Source of the DNA: an uncultured delta proteobacterium
Lineage (GTDB): Bacteria > Desulfobacterota > Desulfobacteria > Desulfobacterales > JAFDCJ01
Assembly (NCBI GenBank): GCA_963769935.1
Contig: CAVYNY010000020.1
Location: forward strand, 352,001-416,000
Direction: 5' to 3'
Length of the DNA stretch: 64,000 nt
Positions within the stretch are counted from its first letter, which is position 1, and every line of letters begins with the position of its first letter. This document shows, in pieces, positions 55,986-64,000 of this stretch. Made by a program: the position numbers and the translations under genes. The notes below the pieces were generated by a model. That model worked only from the letters and a program-made list of their open reading frames with translations. It was not told where the DNA came from and searched no databases.

Positions 55986-58076
55986 TTATCGATGTTCCTT
56001 GGAGTCCCCTTCGCATCCCGCTAATACGCCAATCGGTACTTCCACAAACAGGGGTCTATCAACCCGGTCGGTCACCACTCCCGGATCGATTCCTTCTTCC
56101 TGAAATATCCGCCAGATCATGGGGCGACAGGTTTTAGAGCCGCAGGCGCCCATACCGGCCCGGGTCAGGGCTTTGAGCTGGTTCATATCCCGGATGCCAT
56201 CCCGGATCGCCGCTCGAATTTCACCGGCGGTGACCCGTTCACAGCGGCAAACAATGGCCTCATCCGCCGGAGGCGCCTTTTCATAGATTTTGGAAGGCTC
56301 GATCTGTTTTTCCTGAACCCAGATGCCGACCGCGGCTTTGGCTACTTTCCGGTCGACTTTCAACTGCACCAGCAGGGTACCCGGATATTTGCGCCGTGTT
56401 CTCACTTTTTCAACCGGGTAATACCCTAGTATGGCACCGTCAATGTCGGTAACCGGGACTTTCTGACCGACTCTTACCCGCCCCCGCCACACCTCATAGG
56501 GCAGGGTCACCAGGGGATGCGCCGGATCTTCCCTGAAATCAACCATTACGACCGATAGTCCCGGACAAACGGCGACGCAGCTGGCACAGCCGGTGCAGGC
56601 GTCCAGATCCATCATGTAAGGCAGACCGGTAATCTCATCGTTTTCGGTTTTGATGGCTCCGGCAGGACACACCGACGTGCAGGGATTGCAGGGCACTTCC
56701 TGATAGCAGTGAAATATCGGAAAAACACCGTCTTCTTTGGCGGGCGGCTTCCGTCTTGCCGGCCTCCCGGGTTTTGATTTCAGGACGGTCGCTTTTTGAT
56801 GCCAGTCTTTGGGAATCTCTCCCGTTTCAACCCCCAGAGCCTTGGCAATTTTAAAGCCCTCTATCCGGCCGGTGAACATGGCGGAGGAGGCTTCGGCAAT
56901 TTCCCGGGCATCACCGGCGCAAAACACATCCAGTTGAAATTGTTGGGCCTTAAGATAAAATTCATTGACCTCGGCCAGACCGACCGCGATCAAGACGGTA
57001 TCCACCTCAAATGTTTTATGGGTTCCGGCAATAATATTCCAGTCATCGTCGAGTTGGGCGATGGTGACGGATTCGACCTTGTCCGATCCATTGGCGCAAA
57101 CCACGGTGTGGCTTGTAAAAATAGGGACGCCCAGGCGCTTGAGCTTGTCGGCATGCACTTTGTAACCCCCGACTTGCGGCAGGGCCTCAATCAGGGCGGC
57201 GACCTCGATTCCGGCCTGAATGGCATGGTAGCCGGCAATCAGGCCCACATTGCCGCCGCCTACCACCAATACCTTTTCGGAGGATTTTACCAGGTCGCGA
57301 TTAACCAGGGTTTGAAATGCTCCGGCGCCGTAAACGCCCGGCAACGTGTTGCCCGGAAAGGAAAGCATCTTTTCCCTGGCGCCGGTGGCAACCAGAAGAA
57401 TGCGGGGCTTTATTTTGCAGTATTGATTTTTTCTGACCGCACCGACGATTTTATCGGCAAACACCGCCACGGCCGTGGTATTGAGCCAGACTTCTACCGT
57501 ATCCAGCGCCGCCAGCTCCTGCTGTAGAATTTTCCCAATTTCATTGCCCCGCGTCCCGGCGTGCGAATCCTCTACGGAACCGAAAAACTTATGGGTTTGC
57601 AGTACCAGCTTGCCGCCCAGTCGGTCCTTATCATCCACGATCAGGGTGTCGACATTGCGTTTTCCCAGCTCGATAGCCGCCGAAAGCCCTGCCGGTCCGC
57701 CCCCGATCACCAGCACGTCCACTTCTTTGGTGGCGATTTCAGTGGCTTGCGGCAGGCGGTCTGTGGCGGGTATTTTCGGGAGACCTTCGACGCTTTCGAT
57801 CAGCATGTCCTTTTTCAGCGGTGTCATGCACGATTTTACGGGCAATTGGTCGGCCATCACCAGACACTGGGAGCACTGGCCGTTGGCGCAGAAAATTCCC
57901 TGGGGGCTGTTGTCTTTGGGGTGGTGCCCGAAAACATGAATGCCGTTGGCAAACAGGGCCGCAGAAATCATTTCCCCCTCATAGCCGGCCATCTGCCGGC
58001 CGTTCCAGGTGAACTTCACCTCAGTTCGCGGCGGTATTTCAATAATTGGATGTTTTGTAATGCGATGACTTGTCAT
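55986..58076 (-). CDS. Multidomain Fe-S flavoprotein: 2Fe-2S + FAD oxidoreductase + 2x4Fe-4S + BFD-like 2Fe-2S (sarcosine oxidase alpha / proline dehydrogenase alpha-like)
   Basis: FCANGQCSQC..SC, IGGGPAG, ATGA, VGGGNVG, CYQEVPCNPCTSVCP, CTGCASCVAVCP, CRCE..GMGAC..C..RP. Confidence 0.9.
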   Translation of the reverse strand: MTSHRITKHPIIEIPPRTEVKFTWNGRQMAGYEGEMISAALFANGIHVFGHHPKDNSPQGIFCANGQCSQCLVMADQLPVKSCMTPLKKDMLIESVEGLPKIPATDRLPQATEIATKEVDVLVIGGGPAGLSAAIELGKRNVDTLIVDDKDRLGGKLVLQTHKFFGSVEDSHAGTRGNEIGKILQQELAALDTVEVWLNTTAVAVFADKIVGAVRKNQYCKIKPRILLVATGAREKMLSFPGNTLPGVYGAGAFQTLVNRDLVKSSEKVLVVGGGNVGLIAGYHAIQAGIEVAALIEALPQVGGYKVHADKLKRLGVPIFTSHTVVCANGSDKVESVTIAQLDDDWNIIAGTHKTFEVDTVLIAVGLAEVNEFYLKAQQFQLDVFCAGDAREIAEASSAMFTGRIEGFKIAKALGVETGEIPKDWHQKATVLKSKPGRPARRKPPAKEDGVFPIFHCYQEVPCNPCTSVCPAGAIKTENDEITGLPYMMDLDACTGCASCVAVCPGLSVVMVDFREDPAHPLVTLPYEVWRGRVRVGQKVPVTDIDGAILGYYPVEKVRTRRKYPGTLLVQLKVDRKVAKAAVGIWVQEKQIEPSKIYEKAPPADEAIVCRCERVTAGEIRAAIRDGIRDMNQLKALTRAGMGACGSKTCRPMIWRIFQEEGIDPGVVTDRVDRPLFVEVPIGVLAGCEGDSKEHR

Positions 58077-58096
58077 GGCTGTTAATACCATATTAT

Positions 58097-58232
58097 GGGT
58101 TATCCGGTTTCCCCGTTAGCCCGTGTGCCCGTTGACCGGTTATGACGACGGGCAGGTTGGATCATGAAAATATACATTAATTTTTCGGGCCGCGAGCTCA
58201 ACCCACAAACCGGCTCAACCGGCCTAAACCTG
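58097..58232. repeat. Inverted 8-9-mer repeat overlapping the regulator 3' end
   Basis: GGGTTATC CGGTTTCC CCGTTAGC CCGTGTGC CCGTTGAC CGGTT ... TCAACCCAC AAACCGGCT CAACCGGCC TAAACC. Confidence 0.55.
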
Positions 58233-58953
58233 ACACGGAAGCGTCCGCCCTCATTTTCATATACCTGCTGAACCGCTGCACGTGGTTTTCAGCCAGTCGG
58301 CGGGCCAGCTCCGCCCGGCCGTCTTCAATGGCCGCCACAATACTGCATAAATCCTGATAGTTTTCTTGGAGTTCGGGTTCTTCCATGGAAAGAAACTGAT
58401 CGTAATACCGATGGATGTTGTCGTGGATTGAATGCAGCACTGAAATATAAATGGGGTTGCCGGTAATATCGGCCATTGTCATATGGATTTGTTTGTCAAC
58501 CGTTAGAAACGCATCGCGCTGTGAACGTCCCTGCGCGACGCAAGTGCTGGCCTTGGCCAGCAGTTGTTTGAGTTTTTGAATATCTTTTTTCGCATGTTTT
58601 TCGGCGGCGTGGGCTGCAATAATGCCTTCCACGTCCTCCCGAAATTGGGATAGGTGAGTTAGCGAAACCCGCTGCGACCGGATTAAAAGTCCCAGACTTT
58701 CACTGACCTGCTCCGTATCGACCGCTCGGACCACGGAACCGCCGCCAACGCCGAGTTTGATTTCAATTAAGCCCTTTTGTTCCAGGACCCGCAGCGCTTC
58801 GCGCAGCGTGCCGCGGCTGATGTTGAACATCACCTTTAAATCACGTTCGGCCGGCAGGGTTTGACCGGCTTTTAACCGGCCTTCGAAAATCGCCTCCTGA
58901 ATTTGCTCGACAACATCCTGAAACACCTTGGTTTGTTTGGCGGCTTGGAACAT
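58198..58953 (-). CDS. FadR/GntR family transcriptional regulator
   Basis: LPAERDL..FNISRGTLREALRVLEQKGLI; FCD domain with H...TGNP. Confidence 0.93.
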   Translation of the reverse strand: MFQAAKQTKVFQDVVEQIQEAIFEGRLKAGQTLPAERDLKVMFNISRGTLREALRVLEQKGLIEIKLGVGGGSVVRAVDTEQVSESLGLLIRSQRVSLTHLSQFREDVEGIIAAHAAEKHAKKDIQKLKQLLAKASTCVAQGRSQRDAFLTVDKQIHMTMADITGNPIYISVLHSIHDNIHRYYDQFLSMEEPELQENYQDLCSIVAAIEDGRAELARRLAENHVQRFSRYMKMRADASVSGLGRLSRFVG

Positions 58954-59007
58954 GCAGTCCCCTCTCCGAATTTTGGATCCCTCCGGACGGCCATCTTTAA
59001 TTGTTAG

Positions 59008-59022
59008 AATGGTTAGACCATT
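59008..59022. promoter_or_regulatory. FadR-type operator palindrome
   Basis: AATGGT-TAG-ACCATT (TGGTnnnACCA consensus), downstream of a minus-strand TTGACA at 59047-59052 and 55 nt upstream of the regulator start. Confidence 0.75.
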
Positions 59023-59090
59023 ATAATTATCTCATTTGGGCTAACATGTCAATTGGATCCTGGATGTTTGCATGTTTTATTGGAGGCGAA

Positions 59091-59237
59091 TAGAAGTGGT
59101 TTCAAAACCCCATCTGAGGCCCAATGGCTGCGTTGCGAGCCTCTTCAAAATGCTCACATACTCCCATGTATGCTGCGCTTTTTCATCGGCTCACGCCTTG
59201 CCCTTGAACCTGATCTGAGGTTTTAAAACCACTTCCA
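59091..59237. mobile_element. MITE-like element family B (about 147 bp), core related to family A
   Basis: Termini TAGAAGTGGTTTCAAAACC / GGTTTTAAAACCACTTCCA; internal TGGCTGCGTTGCG..CTGCGCTTTT..CGCCTTGCC shared with 15510-15671. Confidence 0.8.
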
Positions 59238-59285
59238 GGAGAAAGCGGGCATTGGGGCAATATCGGCTCAACCGCAAAAGCTCAG

Positions 59286-60407
59286 TTAGGCAAAACTGCC
59301 CAAACCATTTTCAAAAATTACCTTGACTTTATTGCGGCCGTCCCGTTTGGCGCTGTACAATGCTTGATCGGCTGCTGCAATTAGAGAATCCGGTTCAATG
59401 GTCTGGTTGGGAGCGGCTGTGGCCAATCCCATGCTAACAGTGATGGTGAAGGTCTGCCCCGGTATAATGAATAAGTCGCGGGCAATCGATGCTCTGATAC
59501 GCTCTGCAACCACGGTGCCGTCTTCTGAATTACATTCAGGCAAAACTACCAAAAATTCTTCGCCGCCTATTCTTCCGGCCGAATCATAGGGTCTGATACA
59601 GTCCTTCAGTCTTCTGGCGGTTTCTACTAGAACTGCATCGCCCATGTTGTGCCCGTAAGTGTCATTGATGCATTTAAAATGATCCAGGTCGGCCAAGATA
59701 ATTGTTATCGGTTTATTCGTCCGTTTGAGGCGGGATATTTCCCGCCTTAAGACGTCAAATATGGCTCTGCGGTTCTGCAGTTCCGTAAGCGAATCATGAG
59801 AGGCCTGATATTCGAGCTGTTTATACGCCTTGCGCAATTCCGCCGTTCGCATTTCTACCATCGATTCTAAATTCTGATTCAGGGCCTGCGTCATTTTTTC
59901 GGCTTTCCATCTGGCGGCCAGCGTAGAGGCAAATTGACGGATTTCATAGGGATGAAAGGGCTTTTGAAGATAAAGCAATCGATCCGGAGGAGGCACTCGC
60001 TTTTCAATTTCAACCGGGTCAATATCGTCGAATCCGGTAACCATCACAATTTGAGTATGGGGGGAAATCGAGCGAATGTTCTCGGCAGTCCAAATTCCGT
60101 CCTGATCGGGCATCCTGATGTCGATGAAGGCCATTGAAAATAAATTCTGGTCGGCATCAGAAGCTCGAACAGCTTCAACCGCATTCAGGCCGTTGCTGCA
60201 AAGTGTCAGTTCATACAGGGGCTTCCGTAATTCCGGCAATATACTGCGGCCGCCTGATTCGCGCCCTGGGTTTTCTTTCGCGTGGTCGATGGTCTCAGGG
60301 GAAAAGGTGAGGGATTTGTGATTCAGAATGCTTTGATATAATTCAAGAAGTACTTCATCGTCATCGACTGCCAGTACCTTGAGTGGCCTACCCGCAATAC
60401 CTTTCAT
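59286..60407 (-). CDS. Response-regulator diguanylate cyclase (REC-GGDEF)
   Basis: VLAVDDD, FIDIRMP, VTG, KPF; HDSLTEL.NRR, DLDHFK.INDTYGH, RPYD I-site, GGEEF. Confidence 0.93.
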   Translation of the reverse strand: MKGIAGRPLKVLAVDDDEVLLELYQSILNHKSLTFSPETIDHAKENPGRESGGRSILPELRKPLYELTLCSNGLNAVEAVRASDADQNLFSMAFIDIRMPDQDGIWTAENIRSISPHTQIVMVTGFDDIDPVEIEKRVPPPDRLLYLQKPFHPYEIRQFASTLAARWKAEKMTQALNQNLESMVEMRTAELRKAYKQLEYQASHDSLTELQNRRAIFDVLRREISRLKRTNKPITIILADLDHFKCINDTYGHNMGDAVLVETARRLKDCIRPYDSAGRIGGEEFLVVLPECNSEDGTVVAERIRASIARDLFIIPGQTFTITVSMGLATAAPNQTIEPDSLIAAADQALYSAKRDGRNKVKVIFENGLGSFA

Positions 60408-60809
60408 AATTATTCATCCCGGCTGCAATATTAACTTTGATATCCTGGAGCGTATTTGCTTTTTTGACCCGGGGCCTAATATTCAAGCCATCCGCGGTGT
60501 AGTTGACGGTTACTGATCAATCGTTGTCAGAAATGAGCTTCCTCAAGCTATATTTAATCGGGACATTTTTAAATTACTTTAGTAAAATCCATGCACGAGA
60601 TGGGATTTTTATAAGGCCATTGTTTTCAGCCGGAGTTTTACCGTTCTTGGCCGAAAAGGGCTTAATTTTTTTTCTAATAAATTTCCTTGACTTATGTGGA
60701 GCTAAATTTTATCAAAGACGCCTCGAACAAAGAATCGGGCCGGATGGGCCTGCACTAATTTTGCAGCACAAGGGTTCGATGCAGAAGAATCGGAGGAAAC
60801 TAAACGGTC

Positions 60810-61670
60810 ATGTTGAACAACAAAATAGTTGCCATCATCGGCACGGGAAACATGGGAGATGCCCTGGTCAGCGGGTTGATAAGTTCCGGATCTTCCAAAG
60901 CCAATAACATAATCTGCGCCGATGTCAGACAGGACAAACTCGATCGGATCAAGTCGAGATACAAGGTTCGGACGACCACCAGCAATCTTAAGGCCGTGGC
61001 GGAAGCCGATATCGTTATCTACGCGGTTAAACCTCAGATTATGGCAATGGTATTACGCGAAACCGCGGCAAAACTGGATCTGAATAAGCTTATAATTTCC
61101 ATTGCGGCCGGGGTGCCGTTGGAGGCTATCGAAGCCTGCATAAAAAAAGATCTGCGGCTCATCCGGGTGATGCCCAATATTGCGGCTGCTGTAAAAGAGG
61201 CGGCAACCGGCATTGCGGCCGGAGCGCATGCCACCAAGGAAGACGTCAAGCTGACGATGGAAATTTTTAATTCCATTGGAAAGTGTGTTTTTCTGAAAGA
61301 AAATGATTTGATGAATGCCGTCACCGGGCTGAGCGGCAGCGGTCCGGCCTACATTTTTATGATTGTGGATGCGCTGGCCGATGCCGGCGTCAAGGTGGGC
61401 CTTTCACGCCAGGATGCGCTTTTTCTGGCCGCTCAAACTGTGTTGGGGGCTGCCAAATTGTTAATTGAAACTCAGGAGCATCCCGGGCAGCTGAAGGATA
61501 AGGTGACCTCGCCGGGCGGCACGGCCATCGCCGGACTGGCAACCCTTGAAAGCGGCGGCCTGCGCACCACCCTGATCAATGCCGTGGAAACGGCCACCCA
61601 TCGTTCGAAAGAACTCGGTGATATGATGACCAAAAATTTCAGCGCGGCGAACGCCAAAGACCACGAGTAG
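60810..61670 (+). CDS. proC: Pyrroline-5-carboxylate reductase
   Basis: IIGTGNMG, AVKPQ, ISIAAGV, RVMPN, GLSGSGPAY, VTSPGGTAI. Confidence 0.96.
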   Translation: MLNNKIVAIIGTGNMGDALVSGLISSGSSKANNIICADVRQDKLDRIKSRYKVRTTTSNLKAVAEADIVIYAVKPQIMAMVLRETAAKLDLNKLIISIAAGVPLEAIEACIKKDLRLIRVMPNIAAAVKEAATGIAAGAHATKEDVKLTMEIFNSIGKCVFLKENDLMNAVTGLSGSGPAYIFMIVDALADAGVKVGLSRQDALFLAAQTVLGAAKLLIETQEHPGQLKDKVTSPGGTAIAGLATLESGGLRTTLINAVETATHRSKELGDMMTKNFSAANAKDHE

Positions 61671-61901
61671 CGGGAATTAATTCTAGCATTGAAGACCTGG
61701 TCCTTTGGGCCAGAATTCTTTACTCAACCCCTTAAAACCTGATTCGGAATTCCTTAGAGTTGCCGCTTGTGGTGCGTTGGCTGCGTCCCATCTAACAGAT
61801 CCCAATCCGGCGGGCGCCAGAATTTGCAAATCATCTGAATTAGTGCTAGAATTTCAGATAACCGCCGCCTACCGTTTATCCAGCGATTGGAGATCTATTA
61901 G

Positions 61902-62333
61902 ATGAAATTAACAAAGTTGGGGCTTGTTTCTCTGGTATTAGCCGGCTTGATGCTTGGATTGCTGCATTCGGCTGCATTTTCAAAAGAAATTGAATGGCAA
62001 TCCTTTGCGAAAGGAATGACTCGCGGTCGAAGCGAAAATAAAAAAATTTTTGTTCACTTTTATGCCGATTGGTGCGGCGCCTGCAGAATAATGGAGAATA
62101 AAACATTCAAAGATCCGGACATTATCGCCTATTTGAACCAAAATTTTATTTCCATCAAAGTGAATACGGACCGGGAACAACAAACCTCGACTCTATTCAG
62201 GATCCAATTTCTGCCGGACAACTGGTTCATTACCGAAGGCGGCGATCCGATCGGACATCAGCCGGGCTATATCACCCCCGAACAGCTGAAAGTGATTTTG
62301 AAGACGGTGATCAAGCAAGATACCGGACAGTAA
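61902..62333 (+). CDS. Exported thioredoxin-fold protein
   Basis: Signal peptide; FYADWCGAC; cis-Pro FLP. Confidence 0.88.
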   Translation: MKLTKLGLVSLVLAGLMLGLLHSAAFSKEIEWQSFAKGMTRGRSENKKIFVHFYADWCGACRIMENKTFKDPDIIAYLNQNFISIKVNTDREQQTSTLFRIQFLPDNWFITEGGDPIGHQPGYITPEQLKVILKTVIKQDTGQ

Positions 62334-62365
62334 CGCGTTGTGTTTTATATTCAGATGATGGTCCT

Positions 62366-62935
62366 ATGCAATTTGATTTTGCCGGTTTAAAAGATATGAT
62401 CCGCAACAACGAGGCACCCGAGATGCCTGAATCGGGTACCTACATGCCGGCCTGTGTTTTTCTCCTGTTGTTCGATCTTGAGAACCCCCGTATTCTGGCT
62501 ATTCAGAAAGCGGACAGCGAAGGCTATCCCTGGAGAAACCAGGTTGCATTGCCGGGCGGTCACTTAGACGCGGCCGATGCCACCCCGCTTGAAGGCGCCT
62601 TCCGGGAGTTGGAAGAAGAGGTGAGCATCAGTCGCCGTCAGGTGCGACTGCTTGGCTCCATCGGCCATTTTCAAACCATAAACAACAGAGACATCGAAGT
62701 ATTTGCCGGTCTGTGGAATGGGTTGGGGCCCGTCGAGCATGATCCGGCCGAAATTGCCCGCACCCTTGAAATCCCGCTGCGCGTGCTGGTTCAAACCCAC
62801 ATCACTAAAGGCTACCATAATCGTATTCCCGATGTACATGAACTGCGATATCCGTTTGAAGATGTCGTTGTGTGGGGTGCTACCGCCCGCATTTTGCATC
62901 ATTTCATTGAACTTCTGTATCCAATCCTGAAGTAA
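62366..62935 (+). CDS. Nudix hydrolase, CoA pyrophosphatase-like
   Basis: QVALPGG..D..AFRELEEEV Nudix box; VWGATARIL. Confidence 0.9.
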   Translation: MQFDFAGLKDMIRNNEAPEMPESGTYMPACVFLLLFDLENPRILAIQKADSEGYPWRNQVALPGGHLDAADATPLEGAFRELEEEVSISRRQVRLLGSIGHFQTINNRDIEVFAGLWNGLGPVEHDPAEIARTLEIPLRVLVQTHITKGYHNRIPDVHELRYPFEDVVVWGATARILHHFIELLYPILK

Positions 62936-62959
62936 AACGGCCCAAGATTGTCTGGAGGT

Positions 62960-63196
62960 CTACTGCCGTATCAGGCGGATGATATTTATTACAATGATTC
63001 CGCCGCTTAATATGACCAGGACAAAGGGTACCCAAATGTAGCCGTTGTATTGTTCCTGGCCGCGTGCGACGGATATCCCGGCTAAGCCGAACAGAAACAC
63101 CAACAACATGAAGGCAATGCTCAGGCCGTATATGGCCTTGGAACGGTACCAGGGTATGATTGCTTTTCTGAATACGGGGCTTTTATCGGAAAGCAT
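62960..63196 (-). CDS. Small two-TM hypothetical membrane protein
   Basis: 78 aa, SPVFRKAIIPWY followed by two hydrophobic helices. Confidence 0.7.
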   Translation of the reverse strand: MLSDKSPVFRKAIIPWYRSKAIYGLSIAFMLLVFLFGLAGISVARGQEQYNGYIWVPFVLVILSGGIIVINIIRLIRQ

Positions 63197-63411
63197 GGTT
63201 TTTTTTTGCAATCCTGTGCGCAAAGCATTATATTTCTGTACTGTATTAAACTTTCTACAATCCGATGTCATTTTGGAAGGCTGCTCTTCGATCGAGCCGG
63301 CCGCGAGTCCAAGACGGGTAAACCAGCCTGAGGCAGGTAAACTTCGGCGGCCGGCGCCGGCGTCTGGACTGACATTTAAATCTTAAGCTGAACTGAGAAA
63401 AAAATCAAGAT

Positions 63412-64000
63412 ATGATAAAAAGTCTTCCATTGCTAATTGCGGGCAGGTCTGTACTATGGCTGAATTTTCCTCTAACCGCTTTGATGCTGATGATTTTTCT
63501 AGGGGGATGTACCATGGCGCCACCCAAAAAACTCACGGTCGAAGATATGGCCGCGTCATTCGCAGAGGAGACGATTATTTCTGCGAAACTTGGCAAGCCT
63601 GTGACGTTTGATGAAATGATAGCCGACCTGAACAGCTGCCGGATAACCTATGTGGGTGAAAAACATACCGATGCCGCGCAGCATCGCCACCAGCTTGAAA
63701 TCATTCAGGCCCTTTTCAGGAAAAATTCAACCCTGGCCGTCGGCATGGAAATGTTCGACGTTACATACCAGAACGTACTCGACCAATGGTCGGCCGGCCA
63801 GCTGGATCAAAGGACGTTCCTGCGAAAAGTTCAATGGTATGCCAACTGGGGGTTTGATTTTTCATTGTATAGCGATATCCTTGAATTTATCAAAGAAAAC
63901 CATATTCGATTGGTAGGGTTAAATATACCCGGCTACATCCCCGATCGAATTCGTGAAGGCGGGATTGAGAACCTCACGGATGAAGATAAGAAGTATCTGC
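63412..64000 (+). CDS. ChaN/EreA-fold lipoprotein, truncated by the window edge
   Basis: Hand translation from ATG 63412: lipobox LGGC, TYVGEKH...HRHQLEII, AVGMEMF, W..NWGFDFSLY; open to the window end and absent from the ORF track. Confidence 0.85.
   Translation, partial: MIKSLPLLIAGRSVLWLNFPLTALMLMIFLGGCTMAPPKKLTVEDMAASFAEETIISAKLGKPVTFDEMIADLNSCRITYVGEKHTDAAQHRHQLEIIQALFRKNSTLAVGMEMFDVTYQNVLDQWSAGQLDQRTFLRKVQWYANWGFDFSLYSDILEFIKENHIRLVGLNIPGYIPDRIREGGIENLTDEDKKYL

Overview
A 64-kb chromosomal segment from a probably anaerobic bacterium; gene content and style suggest Desulfobacterota/Desulfobacterales (inference, not a database result). Housekeeping genes: grpE-dnaK-usp, a long Alu-containing SRP RNA, tilS-ftsH-folP, yggT-divIVA-pilT-pilU and proC. 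Four metabolic operons are interleaved with them. (1) TRAP transporter + ThDP-dependent E1 alpha/beta pair (no E2/E3 in view) + PLP aminotransferase. (2) An FDH-alpha-like subunit lacking the Mo-ligating Cys/Sec + NuoE-like + NuoF::GltD fusion + metV + metF, a candidate multi-subunit methylene-THF reductase complex and the most interesting protein system here. (3) A GntR-regulated tripartite tricarboxylate transporter with two TIM-barrel isomerases, RpiB, DhaK/DhaL and a divergent lyxose isomerase and BKACE enzyme (rare-sugar catabolism). (4) A FadR-regulated two-subunit flavo/Fe-S amine or amino-acid dehydrogenase + aldehyde:ferredoxin oxidoreductase (three +1 frameshifts) + sulfur carrier. 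Many intergenic spacers, including those inside operons, hold gene-free palindromic elements: several MITE/REP-like families and a class built from 7-9-nt tandem units followed by their reverse complement. I found no tRNA, rRNA, CRISPR array or intact transposase. All product calls come from motif recognition by eye.
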